This document shows, one piece after another, positions 34,610 to 46,065 of a DNA stretch of 64,000 nt. Both the position numbers and the translations under genes were made by a program. Source of the stretch: a virus. The DNA lies in IMG/VR virus record IMGVR_UViG_3300032285_003287, positions 1 to 64,000 of that record, one strand, 5' to 3'. The first letter of the stretch is position 1. Every line of letters begins with the position of its first letter. The notes under the pieces are model-generated. The model was not told the DNA's origin, searched no databases, and saw only the letters and a list, made by a program, of their open reading frames with translations.

Positions 34610-35192
34610 TATATATATCGTACAAGTCTAGAGGGGTATTCAGGTAACTTAAATGAGACCTGAGTATCCTATCTGGGCATAGCGTCCAGCATTCTGGTAA
34701 CTCTTTATTATTTTTTGGCCAATAGCCATCAGTATATAGAAAACCATATTTAAATAATACTGCATTTGCTTCTTGAGCATATTCTTTTACAGAAAAAAGA
34801 CGGTATTTTTTTATTAATTTAATAACACGTCTTTCACAGTCTGCCTCTAGCTTCATAAGTAGTAAAAGCTCTTTCTTATGCTTTTTGGGGCTATTGATTA
34901 TATCGTCTATACTAAAATTAGACTCCTCAAACTGCTTCCATATTTTAGTATTATCTCTCCATTGTAAAAAATGGCAATACTCATGAATAAGTATACCAAA
35001 CCAATGTTCATTAGATTTATTACCTACCGCGATCTTTAAGACTGGCTGCTCTTTACTATTAAAGTCAAACATGCCGTAGCATCTATCGTTTCCGCCGCAA
35101 TACTCTCCTTTGTATAGGATTATCTTACCGTCGTACTCTTTTAGATCCTTTTTTATTATTTTATAAAGAGGCGACTGTTTTACTGATCGCAT
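34593..35192 (-). CDS. putative HExxH metallopeptidase-like protein
   Basis: ILIHEYCHFLQW...LEADCE. Confidence 0.6.
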   Translation of the reverse strand: MRSVKQSPLYKIIKKDLKEYDGKIILYKGEYCGGNDRCYGMFDFNSKEQPVLKIAVGNKSNEHWFGILIHEYCHFLQWRDNTKIWKQFEESNFSIDDIINSPKKHKKELLLLMKLEADCERRVIKLIKKYRLFSVKEYAQEANAVLFKYGFLYTDGYWPKNNKELPECWTLCPDRILRSHLSYLNTPLDLYDIYTNSQS

Positions 35193-35292
35193 ACTAGGAT
35201 TAATTACACTCTTGCATATCTATAATAATACCCTAAAGAGAAATTAGAATTTTCTGTGTAATTAACTGATAATAAGTGTATCAATAAAATTT

Positions 35293-35832
35293 ATGAAACA
35301 TTTTTGTGCCAAATGTGGTAAGCCCACTATATACGCTTTAGCACTACCTAAGTTTTGTTCCCAGTGCGGGAGCGAGTTTAGTTTGGTGACCAAGCAAAAA
35401 GATAAGTCACCACATGATCAGGCTATAGAGAAAAATAAAGAAAAGTCTACGCCAAATGCTCCTAGTTTTGTACCAGTCACAAAAGCTGAGCCAAAATTAC
35501 AACCAAATCCAGCTAGAGCATCGCTAAAATATAAGTTATTACAAGACAATGATAGCGATTACGAGTCTGATCCGATAGAGACAGACGAGTACGAAGAGGA
35601 GCGTTATGATATTAGTGCTTTTGCTAAAATAAAACCTAAATTTAAACTACAAGCAACGAGAAATACATCCGAGTCTTTTGAGAGCATAGTGACTCAATCG
35701 TATGCAAGCAATTATAAACCCATAGATGCTAGTAGTATTAATAACGATTTTCCAAATACGCCACAAAGAAGTGTCGATTCTATTTTAGAGGAATTTAAAA
35801 GAGAAGCGGGTAGCTCAAGGCAACAGGACTAA
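35293..35832 (+). CDS. Zn-ribbon hypothetical protein
   Basis: FCAKCG...PKFCSQCG. Confidence 0.75.
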   Translation: MKHFCAKCGKPTIYALALPKFCSQCGSEFSLVTKQKDKSPHDQAIEKNKEKSTPNAPSFVPVTKAEPKLQPNPARASLKYKLLQDNDSDYESDPIETDEYEEERYDISAFAKIKPKFKLQATRNTSESFESIVTQSYASNYKPIDASSINNDFPNTPQRSVDSILEEFKREAGSSRQQD

Positions 35833-35837
35833 ACTGC

Positions 35838-36536
35838 GTGACAAATCAGACAAGACCAAGTTTTGAGCAGTCTATTGATATAATAGATGAAGAAATTAAT
35901 AAAAGAAAATCGCGTTGGCATTTAACTGCTATTTCTTGGATGGATTTTCAAGACGTATCACAAAGACTAAGAATACATATACATAAAAAATGGGATAAGT
36001 GGGACAATATTAGACCTTTAAGGCCATGGTTAAATCAGGTTATAAACCACCAGATTACCAACATGTTGCGTAATCATTATTCGAATTTTTCCAGACCGTG
36101 TTTGAAATGTAAATTTAATACTGGAGAATATGGGTGTTCTTTATATGGAACACAAAACGGAAGCTGTTCAACATATGCAAAATGGGAAAAAACAAAAAAA
36201 TCTGCTTATGATATTAAGTTTCCGGTTAGTATAAATAGCCCAAATGCACAGAACCCCGAAACCACTCTAGAGTCAGTACTACAATCTAAAGAAATAGATA
36301 TTAATATAGAAGAAATTATACCAGCTTTTAATGAACTAATGAAAAAGAACTTATCGTTAATAGAATGGAGAGTTTATGAGTATATGTTCTTACAAAATTT
36401 TGACGAAGCCGAGATTGCAAAGAAAATGGGATATAAGCTTAGCTATAAAGATGGGCGTCCAGCATACAGACAGATCAGTAAGATAAAATCTAAAATTTTA
36501 CAGAAAGCAAGAATATTAGCTAAGGAGGTAACATGA
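35838..36536 (+). CDS. phage sigma-70/ECF-like RNA polymerase sigma factor
   Basis: Region 2-like DFQDVSQ..RIHIHKKWDKWD..RPLRPWLNQVINHQITNMLR; region 4-like LSLIEWRVY...EAEIAKKMG. Confidence 0.7.
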   Translation: MTNQTRPSFEQSIDIIDEEINKRKSRWHLTAISWMDFQDVSQRLRIHIHKKWDKWDNIRPLRPWLNQVINHQITNMLRNHYSNFSRPCLKCKFNTGEYGCSLYGTQNGSCSTYAKWEKTKKSAYDIKFPVSINSPNAQNPETTLESVLQSKEIDINIEEIIPAFNELMKKNLSLIEWRVYEYMFLQNFDEAEIAKKMGYKLSYKDGRPAYRQISKIKSKILQKARILAKEVT

Positions 36537-37672
36537 GTAATGAAATAGAAAAAACAGCGGCAGTGCTTTATGAGGAGCAACAGCAACGAATTAAAGATTG
36601 CCTCGCGCTAAATCCAGACGCGACGCTAACCGAAATTACTTCTTACGCCTATAATGACGAAAAAATAGATAGTAGAAGTAAAGAGGGTAGACTTGTAAAG
36701 CAATTCCTTCTGGATAATAAGATTGAATATAAGAATAAAAGCGTTACTCAACGAGAAAGGATAGTTCTTACCGATGAGCAAAAAGAGTTTATTAAAAATA
36801 ACTATAAAGGGCAAAATTATGTAGATCTTGCTAAGGCATTATTTAATAATGATAAATTGACACATGTAACGTTAGAGTGCAGAGAGGTTAATTCATATAT
36901 ACAAGAGCTTCAAAAGAATGATCCCGATGCGCCCAAGGACACTTTAGATAATACTATGTACGTGCCATCTGAAAGAGGCGCCGATTCTACCTCCGGCGCA
37001 TATTTTCCGCCTAGGCGATCAGATCAGACGGTATTTAGAATTAATAAGTATCTTAATATTGGTTGGTCATCAGATTCTCTTAAGGCATCCCAGCAAAAGA
37101 TGGTTGATATGTTGCAACGCTATCTTAATACATTTAGTTTTTGCTATCAAATAAATACTTATAAGACTAATAACGATAGACAGTTATTTGAAGATTCATT
37201 TATACGGTATACGTATGATAAGCCAGACCTAAGCCAAGAAGAGCTTGACCAGTTTATTGTTCTATGTACCGAAGTTGTTACTGCCGCTACGATTCTCCAA
37301 CAAGTAGAAGACTTACGTGATATGTTGCGGAACAGTACTAGTGATGGTGAGGGGCGTAATATTAAAATGCAGTTAAACGAGGCTATAAGTAATTTACAGA
37401 CCGAGTATAATCAGTGCCGAGCAAGACAGCAAAAATTGTATAAGTCGCTAGTTGATGACCGCTCAAAAAGAATAGCTCAGCGACAAGAAGAAAATGCGAG
37501 TATACTAAATTTAGTGCAAGCATGGAAGGACGAGGAGCGCCGAAAGGGCATTCTTGTTCTAGCTGAAGCCCAAAAGAAAAATCTTAACGAGGAAGCCAAG
37601 AGACTATCTTCAATGGACGAACTTAAGGGAATTATTCGCGGCATAAACGTTGACGAAATGGTAAACGGATGA
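36533..37672 (+). CDS. hypothetical protein of the packaging operon
   Basis: 379-aa helical ORF coupled to the ERCC4 and terminase genes. Confidence 0.75.
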   Translation: MSNEIEKTAAVLYEEQQQRIKDCLALNPDATLTEITSYAYNDEKIDSRSKEGRLVKQFLLDNKIEYKNKSVTQRERIVLTDEQKEFIKNNYKGQNYVDLAKALFNNDKLTHVTLECREVNSYIQELQKNDPDAPKDTLDNTMYVPSERGADSTSGAYFPPRRSDQTVFRINKYLNIGWSSDSLKASQQKMVDMLQRYLNTFSFCYQINTYKTNNDRQLFEDSFIRYTYDKPDLSQEELDQFIVLCTEVVTAATILQQVEDLRDMLRNSTSDGEGRNIKMQLNEAISNLQTEYNQCRARQQKLYKSLVDDRSKRIAQRQEENASILNLVQAWKDEERRKGILVLAEAQKKNLNEEAKRLSSMDELKGIIRGINVDEMVNG

Positions 37673-38616
37673 TAAAAGATTACGATAAATATTTAAGATG
37701 TAAAATTTGTGGCTCGCAATATAATTCGCAGCAACAGATTCTCAGTCATATAAAATCTCACCAGCAAACGGCAGAGAAATATTTTCCATTAAACTTTAAT
37801 AAAAAAGATCTTCATACTGGAGAGCTAATAAAGTACAAGTCATTTGAGCAATACTTTCTTGTTGACTTTATAGATAAAAGAAATATGAAACAATGGCTAC
37901 AGTCGGTTGACAAGCGGGTAGCATGTGACTATTTAAAAAGTAAACTGGAAACATATTGCAGGATAAAGCAATTAACTAAGGCCCCAACACAGTCAGAACT
38001 AAAGACTATCTCTTGCTTGCCTAAGGCGGATACTTTTATGTATGTTTGTGAGCAGGAGTTCTCGGAAATATGCCGATCATTAGGATTAAAAAATAATTTT
38101 AATTATTCTGTTAAACATACTCAACAAGATTTTACTAAATATACCGGTGACGAGATTGTTGTAGATACCAGAGAGCAGCAACCCCTAAAATTCAAGGGGT
38201 TAAATATAATAAACTCCAAACTAGAATGTGGTGACTATGCTAAATCAACTGAAAGTAAAGTCGTAGTGGAAAGAAAGAGCTTGGGTGATTTTTATTCTAC
38301 ATTGAGCGGTGGGTTTGAGCGTTTTAAACGAGAAATGGCCCGTGCCGCCGAAATGGGTATTTATATAGTTGTTGTAACCGAGTGTCAATTAAAAACAGTA
38401 CTATATGCCAAGAGAAGATTTGGGGCTTGCTCTGGAGATTATATAATGCATCATATGAGACAGCTTTGTAGGGAGTTTGATAATATACAATTTGTATTTG
38501 CAGATGGAAAAGCCGAGGCATCAAAAAAAACTCTTTTTATACTAGAGATGAACGAGCTTGTAAGAAACATAGATATAGAATACTGGTTTGAACAGGAGGG
38601 GTTCTCATGGCTTTAA
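37669..38616 (+). CDS. ERCC4-domain nuclease
   Basis: IVVDTREQ, GDY, VERKSLGDF, RFKREM. Confidence 0.88.
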   Translation: MIKDYDKYLRCKICGSQYNSQQQILSHIKSHQQTAEKYFPLNFNKKDLHTGELIKYKSFEQYFLVDFIDKRNMKQWLQSVDKRVACDYLKSKLETYCRIKQLTKAPTQSELKTISCLPKADTFMYVCEQEFSEICRSLGLKNNFNYSVKHTQQDFTKYTGDEIVVDTREQQPLKFKGLNIINSKLECGDYAKSTESKVVVERKSLGDFYSTLSGGFERFKREMARAAEMGIYIVVVTECQLKTVLYAKRRFGACSGDYIMHHMRQLCREFDNIQFVFADGKAEASKKTLFILEMNELVRNIDIEYWFEQEGFSWL

Positions 38617-40508
38617 TAACTGGAAATCAGAATAGTAAAATTATTACAGATGTTAATAAGGAGCTATTAGAGATTAAGGGAGAACTTTCCGATGCAGAGG
38701 CGAGAGTTACGCTTGCCAAGTTTCTAAGAAATAATATAGGCTTTACTACGGAGCTTGGACTAGGGGTTACATTAGAAGCATATCAGGAATTAACTATTAA
38801 ATCTTTTTTTAACCGTAACTACTGCATGTTAGTATGGGGCCGTGGTTGTGCCAAGAGTTTTTGTGCGGCAATTTATTGCATTCTTAAATGTATATTCGAG
38901 CCGGGTACTAAAATACTTATTGCGTCTATTAACTTTCGTACTGCTAGAAGAATGTTTAATGAAATTGAAAAGTTTCTTGCTTCGCCTGAGGCCTCTTTGT
39001 TTAGGCAATGCTTTGGTGATAAAATGAAGCGTAATGATCAATACGAGTGGCTAATCAATGGTGGTAGTATTACGGCTATTCCTTTAACTGGAGAAAAAAT
39101 TCGTGGTATACGTGCCAACGTTCTTATTCTTGATGAGTTCTTACTACTACCCCCAGATATTATTGATAACGTTCTCATGCCATTCTTGAGTTCGCCTCGT
39201 GATGTTAGTGACCGTATTAGAACCAGAAGACTTGAGGAAGAACTTATAAAAAAAGGTATGTTACATCCTGATGATAGGCAGATATTTGAGAATACTTCTC
39301 AGATGTTAGCATTGAGTTCTGCAAGCTATACATTTGAACACTTATTTCAAGTTCATCAGCAATGGGCGCATTTAATCGAGCACCCAGAAGACCAAGAATC
39401 GAAAGAAGGAGAGCTGCCCGGAACGTATTTTATTTCACAGTTGAGTTATGAGGCACTACCTAATCACATGGTAGATCAGGCGGCAATTCAGCTAGCTAAA
39501 AACGGCGGCAGTTCACATAATTCGTTCCTTCGAGAGTATGCGGCAAGATTTATTGATGGTGGAGACAGTTATTTTTCTCCAAAAAAGATGCACTTATGTA
39601 CAATTCCAGATGGAGAGTATCCTACAACTAAAATAGTAGGAGAGGAGGGTAAGAAATACGTTTTAGCTGTTGACCCTAACTTTTCATCTTCTCGTAGCGC
39701 TGACTATTTTGCAATGAGCGTTATAGAGCTTGACGAGGAAAAGAAACAGGGCGTATTAGTTCATGGGTATCAAGTTGCTGGAGCGTCATTGCAAGATCAT
39801 ATTAAGTATATGTACTATATATTCAAGAATTTTAATATTACATTTATGATTATTGATCATGCTGGTGCTGATACATTTATAGATGCAGTTAATAATTCCG
39901 AGTTCTTCAAGGGAATGAATAAAAAGATTGGCTTTATAGACTTTGACTCTGATAAGGAGAATGAGGACTATATGAATATGTTAAAAGATTGTGCCAAACA
40001 ATATAATACTGATTTGGGCACTATTTGCATTAAGCAGTATTTTACTTCTGCATTTTTAGGTAGAGCTAACTCGTATTTACAGACATGTATTGATCATAAA
40101 AAGATATGGTTTGCTTCTAGAGCGAGTAACCATCCAGATATACTTGAAAATATGTTTACTATGAATCTTCCTATGGATTACGTTTATCCGAGAGGAATAG
40201 GTGATAGGGCTGATAATGAATATGAGACCAAGAAGCTTACTGTTCGTGATTTTATAGAACAGCAGGATTTTATTATTAAAGATACTAAAGACCAGTGCGC
40301 TAACGTAGAGGTAAGTAGTACTTCCAGAGGAACACAGAGCTTTGACCTGCCATCGCATCTTAGAAAGTCTACCAGCGTAAACCGTGCAAGAAAGGATAAC
40401 TATACCACTTTAATGCTTGGAAATTGGGCGGTAAAATGTTATTTTGATATAATGGCGCCAGATAATTTTAAGAAAAAAAATACAGAATTCGTAGCCGTAC
40501 TGATTTAA
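38607..40508 (+). CDS. terL: terminase large subunit
   Basis: YQ motif, Walker A WGRGCAKS, IRGIRANVLILDEF, ALSSAS, nuclease VLAVDP, RKDNYT. Confidence 0.9.
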   Translation: MALITGNQNSKIITDVNKELLEIKGELSDAEARVTLAKFLRNNIGFTTELGLGVTLEAYQELTIKSFFNRNYCMLVWGRGCAKSFCAAIYCILKCIFEPGTKILIASINFRTARRMFNEIEKFLASPEASLFRQCFGDKMKRNDQYEWLINGGSITAIPLTGEKIRGIRANVLILDEFLLLPPDIIDNVLMPFLSSPRDVSDRIRTRRLEEELIKKGMLHPDDRQIFENTSQMLALSSASYTFEHLFQVHQQWAHLIEHPEDQESKEGELPGTYFISQLSYEALPNHMVDQAAIQLAKNGGSSHNSFLREYAARFIDGGDSYFSPKKMHLCTIPDGEYPTTKIVGEEGKKYVLAVDPNFSSSRSADYFAMSVIELDEEKKQGVLVHGYQVAGASLQDHIKYMYYIFKNFNITFMIIDHAGADTFIDAVNNSEFFKGMNKKIGFIDFDSDKENEDYMNMLKDCAKQYNTDLGTICIKQYFTSAFLGRANSYLQTCIDHKKIWFASRASNHPDILENMFTMNLPMDYVYPRGIGDRADNEYETKKLTVRDFIEQQDFIIKDTKDQCANVEVSSTSRGTQSFDLPSHLRKSTSVNRARKDNYTTLMLGNWAVKCYFDIMAPDNFKKKNTEFVAVLI

Positions 40509-40550
40509 AATAAGATTTAAGTGTAATAAACGGTTATAATATATTGCTGT

Positions 40551-42590
40551 ATGACTAAAAAAGGTAAAAGTTCGGGCAGTTCGGAAATAAAGGCATCTAC
40601 AACAACGGAAAGTAAGAAGAAGAATGTTTCTTTTGTTCAACCGGGATTGATAGAAGGATCTGTGAAGCTAGATTCTCAGTCTGAGGTCAGCGCTTCTATC
40701 GACTATTATGATGACGAGACGACAAATTATAATAATGGCCCTGCGTCTGCCAGAAGAAACCGCGCCGCAACGATAACTAGAGCCGAAAGGTACTCCAATA
40801 TTGAGGGTGGTGTTGTTCCATTTATATATAGCGCATCTAGAGGAAAATATACTTCTAACGTATCTATTAGAGATGCAATTATTCTCTGTCAAAAAGCGTA
40901 TTATAACTTTTCTGTATTCCGTAATACTATAGATTTAATGACCGAGTTTAGTTGCTCGCCTATTTACTTTACCGGTGGCAACGCACAATCAAAGAAGTTC
41001 TTTGAGGCATGGGCAAATAGGGTAAACCTATGGAGACTGCAGGATGATTTTTATCGTGAATACTATCGTAGTGGAAACGTATTTTTATATAAGTTAAATG
41101 CCGTATTTAATAGAGAAGATATGGCTGCAATTACAGATGTATTAACAGCCGCGAAAGAGAAAGAGGTTCCTATTAAATATATTATATTAAACCCTGCAGA
41201 TATTCAGTCTATTGGTTCAGCTTCGTTTATTTCCCCTAGATACGTTAAGGTGCTAAATGATTTTGAAATGCAGGTCTTAACTAATCCAAAGACAGACGAA
41301 GAGAAGAAGATCGCAGAAAAAATTCAAGAGTTTGGACAGCTACAGGAGACAGTAAAAACAGCGCAATCTCAAACTTATTTAGTTTTCTATTTAGACCCAG
41401 ATCGTGTCAAAGCGGTCTTTTATAAAAAGCAACCATACGAGCCATTTGGCGTACCGATGGGCTTTCCAGTGCTTCAGGATATTAACTGGAAGCAGGAGCT
41501 AAAAAACATTGATATGGCAATTAGCCGTACGATTCAGCAGTCTATCCTTCTGGTAACAATGGGCAATGATGAGATGGGTATGCCGACTGCAAAGCAGATT
41601 AATAATTTAAAAGCAATCTTCCAAAATGAGAGTGTTGGGCGTATTTTAGTTACCGATTATACTACAAACGCAAAGTTTGTAATCCCAGAAGTAGATAAGC
41701 TATTAGATCCCAAGAAATATCAAATTGTTAACGAAGATATTAAGAACGGTTTAAATAATATTTTAGTTGGAGACGAGAAATATGCAAATTCTTCTACGAA
41801 GGTAGAGATGTTCTTAGCTAGACTAAAGCATGCTAGAGAAGTTTTTCTTAACGAGTTCTTGCTACCAGAAATAAAATTTATTGGTGAGCAGCTTGGCTTT
41901 AAGTCTATACCAACTCCACGATTCAAGGATGCGGACTTTAGAGATGATCCAAATCTTGCCAGAATTTACTCAAGAATGATGGAAATTGGTGTACTAACTC
42001 CAGAAGAGGGTATTACGGCCCTAGAGACGGGAAGGCTACCGCTTCCAGAGGAGAGTTTGCAGAGCCAGAAGAAACTTCACGAGTATCATGAAGAGGGACT
42101 GTACCAGCCACTGCTTAATAATCCTAACTTAATTGTCCCACAAACCGGAAAAGTTGAGTTGGGTCAGCAACCCCAGACAACGCAACAAAAAACTGGTGGA
42201 GCTGGGGGTATGGCAGGTAGGCCACCGGGTGGCGGAACTAAAAAATCAGTAAATAATGTTGGTAGAATTGGGAAGAAAATTAGCGCACAAGATGTAGCCA
42301 ATAACCTTGCTAGGTTTGATTTGCTAGAGGGTAGCATTGAAAACTATTTAAAAGAAAAATTTAATAAGAAAAAACTAGCTAAAGAGCAAAAGGAGATTGT
42401 TAAAGAAATCGCTGAAACTATTGCAATAAATGAATCTCCAGAAAATTGGATAGAGAGTATTGCTACATATATTAATCAGCCAGTACAAGTTAACGATAAT
42501 TTAGCAGAGGTACAAGAAATCTCCGAGCGCCATGGGGTTGACGTAAAAACTGCAATTCTATTAATGCATAGCCAAATAAACGAGGAATAA
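40551..42590 (+). CDS. portal protein
   Basis: Follows terL; FRNTIDLMTEF...EYYRSGNVF; Gly-rich GRPPG near the C-terminus. Confidence 0.8.
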   Translation: MTKKGKSSGSSEIKASTTTESKKKNVSFVQPGLIEGSVKLDSQSEVSASIDYYDDETTNYNNGPASARRNRAATITRAERYSNIEGGVVPFIYSASRGKYTSNVSIRDAIILCQKAYYNFSVFRNTIDLMTEFSCSPIYFTGGNAQSKKFFEAWANRVNLWRLQDDFYREYYRSGNVFLYKLNAVFNREDMAAITDVLTAAKEKEVPIKYIILNPADIQSIGSASFISPRYVKVLNDFEMQVLTNPKTDEEKKIAEKIQEFGQLQETVKTAQSQTYLVFYLDPDRVKAVFYKKQPYEPFGVPMGFPVLQDINWKQELKNIDMAISRTIQQSILLVTMGNDEMGMPTAKQINNLKAIFQNESVGRILVTDYTTNAKFVIPEVDKLLDPKKYQIVNEDIKNGLNNILVGDEKYANSSTKVEMFLARLKHAREVFLNEFLLPEIKFIGEQLGFKSIPTPRFKDADFRDDPNLARIYSRMMEIGVLTPEEGITALETGRLPLPEESLQSQKKLHEYHEEGLYQPLLNNPNLIVPQTGKVELGQQPQTTQQKTGGAGGMAGRPPGGGTKKSVNNVGRIGKKISAQDVANNLARFDLLEGSIENYLKEKFNKKKLAKEQKEIVKEIAETIAINESPENWIESIATYINQPVQVNDNLAEVQEISERHGVDVKTAILLMHSQINEE

Positions 42591-42594
42591 TAAA

Positions 42595-45500
42595 ATGCCA
42601 ATTAGCTTAATCAAAAAAAACCAATTAGACCCAAACGTTGCCGACTTGGTTGGTCAGTACGGCAGCGGATTCTTTCTTCCTGTATCAGTAAGTGGAGATC
42701 TTACGGGTTTTATAGGTAAAGCCCTAACTAACATAACTGGAATAAAAACATTAAATAGTTTACAGGGTATTGTTAGTATAATAGGCAATAGTGGAGTTAA
42801 TATCTCAATTGATACAGGAAATAATTATATAGTTATCGCGTATACCGGAACGCCAGTTCCGCCTAATTTAGTTTTTACTACAGGAGATCAGGTTGTCGAT
42901 GGAATTAAAAATTTTGTAGGTAATATACAGTTTAGTGGAAACCAGTTAAGTACCGGATATGACCAGTCGCTCAATACGACGGATAATGTGACGTTCAGTG
43001 GGGTTGGATTGGGCGTTGATCCGCTTTATGTGCAACACCCAACTGCTTTCGGTGTAATTTCTGCGTTGGCTAACGATGGTTCAGCGGTATTTGCAAATGG
43101 TTATGCATCGATTGACAGCCTTGGGGGCGCTGTTTTTGCAAACTACTCGACCACGATTGGTCAAGATGGCTTGGTATCGTTTGCCTACGGAGCAGCGCAG
43201 GTTCATACCGACGGCACATTCTGGAGCAACGGTGGACAATTAATAACAGGCGTTGATTTAACGCCCTATGCGCTAAATGCGAATACTGGACAGTTCGTAA
43301 CTGTCGATCAAACGGATGCTTTTTACGGCGTAAATAACCCTAGTGGTTATATTACTGGATATAACCAATCTCTCAATACGACTGACAACCCGACGTTTTT
43401 TGGGTTGACAACTAACGGGGCGCAGGGAGTTACTATCGGCAAATTTGCGGTTTATCAATCTGATTTGAACGGAGATTTAGAATTTTACAACGGATTGAAT
43501 TCCATCGCGGGAATCTCTACTTCACGATTAAGTGCAGGGGTCTCAAAAATTAACCCCGACGGCTCCGCATCTTTTGCAAATGGAGCGGCATCCATCGATT
43601 CCTTGGGCTCGGCATCATTTGCCAGTGGAGCGGCCCAAATCCACGCCGATGGCACCTTCTGGAGCAACGGTGGACAATTAATAACTGGCTTTGATTTAAC
43701 GCCCTATGCGCTAAATGCGAATACTGGGTCGTTCGTAACCGTCGATCAAACTGGAGCGTTCTACGCAGCTACAAATCCGAGCGGTTATATTACGGGCGTT
43801 GATTTAACGCCATATGCTTTAAATGCAGACCTTACTGGTATTTACGCGACCTATGCGCAGCTTACCGGATTGAGTGGGTATGAGGCGAGTGTCACTAATC
43901 TTCTAGCTACTTATGCTCAATTAACTGGATATAGCGGTTTTGAAGCAACCGTAGATGCTGCGTTTGCTACGTATTCGCAACTAACTGGTCTAAGCGGCTA
44001 TGCGGCGGCAGTTACTAATTTAGCGACTACCGGACAAACACTTTCGTCTAGGATTTCTTCTTTAAGTGGAACATTGACAGGCAATTACGTACTAAAGGCG
44101 CAGACTGGACAGTTCATGCCAATCACACAATACGGCAATTTCTACCTAAAAACTAACCCGAGCGGGTTTGTAACAACCGCACAAACTGGCTTATTAACTG
44201 GATCCTTTTACCCTAACAATAACCCAAGTGGTTTTATCACGGCGGATCAATCATTAAATACTAGCGATAATGTAGCATTTAATTTGTTAAATTGGGGACC
44301 TACTATATGGAATAGCAAAATGGGACGCCTGCAAAGTGATGGGTCATTAGCTATAGGTTCGGGCGACTGGACTGTCATTGGTACATCAGGAACAGTTTAT
44401 GTAAATAGTTTAAAATTAACTCCCGGAGATTACTGGTCTTATTACAATGGGCCGTTTACTGATACGGGAAGTGCTCTATATACTCCTGACGGTACATCAT
44501 TATATTGGAATGGGGTGCCAGTAATGACTGGTTCAGCTGGAGACAGCCAGTCAAATATTACAGGCTCTCCCACTTTTAAGACTATCTACCTTAATTCTGA
44601 TAACTATGATCCAACTGGCACTGCATATATTGGCTCTTTTGGGGGGGAGCTTGCTCTAACGGCTTTTCGTATTGGCAAAGATGGGGTTGGGCCACTATTC
44701 TATAGCACTGACGGTGCTAATCAATTGGGCATAGACTCTTTACAGGGTATTGAGTTTGGTATGGGTGACAAATATGGACCTAATCCAAACTATAGTAGAA
44801 TACTATTTTTAACTGGTGGTGGCGCATCTTTTAATGATGGTGCCGCTCTTATTAACTCGAATGGCTCGGCTTCATTTGCGAACGGAACGACACAAATACA
44901 TACAGACGGATCAGTATGGGTAAGTGGCAACCAATTAATAACCGGAGTAGATAAACTGCAAGGCAATCCCGTTAGTGCACAATCACCACAGAATGGTCAG
45001 ACGTTACAATGGAATGGGTCAGCTTGGGTGCCGGGTGCGGTTGCCGCTGGCGGTAATGGTGGTGGAGGTAAGGTTTATTATTTTGATTTTATAAACCAAT
45101 CTGGAATTTTACCAACTGGCGGACTATCAAGTAGCGGAAATTTTAAAAATAGTTTATTAGGAGTAGATTACTCTATTGGTAGCGGTAGTGGTCAGAGCGC
45201 TGATTTGGTTCCGCGAAATTCTGATGTATTAGTAATGGGATTTGTAACTCCTAGCGGAAATCCCGGTATTACTAATATTCCTCCGGGGCTTTGGGACTTT
45301 AATATATGGGCAAACACTAATAGCAATAATGCAACAGAAACAGCCATTAAGGCGGTAGTTAATATTTATAATCCTGATACTTCTACTTATAGATATTTGG
45401 CTAGTTCTGATTATGTTTATCTTTATGACGGAACAACCATATCGCAATATTTATTGAATGTAACTGTTCCGCAAACTGGAATAGCAATTAATGAGCGTAT

Positions 45501-46065
45501 TTATATACAACTTTTTGGGAAAAAAAATGTAACCTCAACAAGAACAGTAACTTTATATTTTGACAGTTATCGCCCATCACATGTTCATACTACCATTCCC
45601 TCGGTGGCTGGAAATGGTATCGTTAAAGTAATTAATGGTATTTACCAAACTCCGGCAACTGGTATATTTGATAGTGATGTTGATGCAAATGCCGGTATAC
45701 AGCAAAGTAAAATACTTGGGCTAACTGACTCATTATCATTACTTTCCAACTCGATTACCTCATTAAGTGGTACATTAACTGGTAACCTCGCTACGACTGG
45801 TTCTACGTTAGCTGGTAATATCACCACGTTAACAAGTAACCTCGCTACGACTGGTTCTACGTTAGCTGGTAATATCACCACGTTAACAAGTAATCTAGCT
45901 ACGACTGGTTCTACGTTAGCATCTTCGATTACTTCATTAAGTGGCACACTAACAGGAAACTATATTAGTGGAAATAATACTATAAATGGAATAATGACTA
46001 TATCACAAACTGAATATAATGCTATTACTCCAAATCCAAACGTTCTTTATATTATAACCTCATAA
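42595..46065 (+). CDS. long fibre/adhesin-like structural protein with internal repeats
   Basis: Gly/Thr/Ser-rich; repeated NPSG(Y/F)IT, DGSASFANG and NLATTGSTLA units. Confidence 0.75.
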   Translation: MPISLIKKNQLDPNVADLVGQYGSGFFLPVSVSGDLTGFIGKALTNITGIKTLNSLQGIVSIIGNSGVNISIDTGNNYIVIAYTGTPVPPNLVFTTGDQVVDGIKNFVGNIQFSGNQLSTGYDQSLNTTDNVTFSGVGLGVDPLYVQHPTAFGVISALANDGSAVFANGYASIDSLGGAVFANYSTTIGQDGLVSFAYGAAQVHTDGTFWSNGGQLITGVDLTPYALNANTGQFVTVDQTDAFYGVNNPSGYITGYNQSLNTTDNPTFFGLTTNGAQGVTIGKFAVYQSDLNGDLEFYNGLNSIAGISTSRLSAGVSKINPDGSASFANGAASIDSLGSASFASGAAQIHADGTFWSNGGQLITGFDLTPYALNANTGSFVTVDQTGAFYAATNPSGYITGVDLTPYALNADLTGIYATYAQLTGLSGYEASVTNLLATYAQLTGYSGFEATVDAAFATYSQLTGLSGYAAAVTNLATTGQTLSSRISSLSGTLTGNYVLKAQTGQFMPITQYGNFYLKTNPSGFVTTAQTGLLTGSFYPNNNPSGFITADQSLNTSDNVAFNLLNWGPTIWNSKMGRLQSDGSLAIGSGDWTVIGTSGTVYVNSLKLTPGDYWSYYNGPFTDTGSALYTPDGTSLYWNGVPVMTGSAGDSQSNITGSPTFKTIYLNSDNYDPTGTAYIGSFGGELALTAFRIGKDGVGPLFYSTDGANQLGIDSLQGIEFGMGDKYGPNPNYSRILFLTGGGASFNDGAALINSNGSASFANGTTQIHTDGSVWVSGNQLITGVDKLQGNPVSAQSPQNGQTLQWNGSAWVPGAVAAGGNGGGGKVYYFDFINQSGILPTGGLSSSGNFKNSLLGVDYSIGSGSGQSADLVPRNSDVLVMGFVTPSGNPGITNIPPGLWDFNIWANTNSNNATETAIKAVVNIYNPDTSTYRYLASSDYVYLYDGTTISQYLLNVTVPQTGIAINERIYIQLFGKKNVTSTRTVTLYFDSYRPSHVHTTIPSVAGNGIVKVINGIYQTPATGIFDSDVDANAGIQQSKILGLTDSLSLLSNSITSLSGTLTGNLATTGSTLAGNITTLTSNLATTGSTLAGNITTLTSNLATTGSTLASSITSLSGTLTGNYISGNNTINGIMTISQTEYNAITPNPNVLYIITS
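45784..45921 (+). repeat. 54-bp tandem repeat (NLATTGSTLAGNITTLTS)
   Basis: Near-identical units, about 2.5 copies, inside the fibre gene. Confidence 0.85.

Noticed and set aside
43075-43830. Diversity-generating retroelement TR/VR pair in the fibre gene
   Set aside because: Both copies are in-frame parts of one CDS, differences are not adenine-specific, and no reverse transcriptase is in the window
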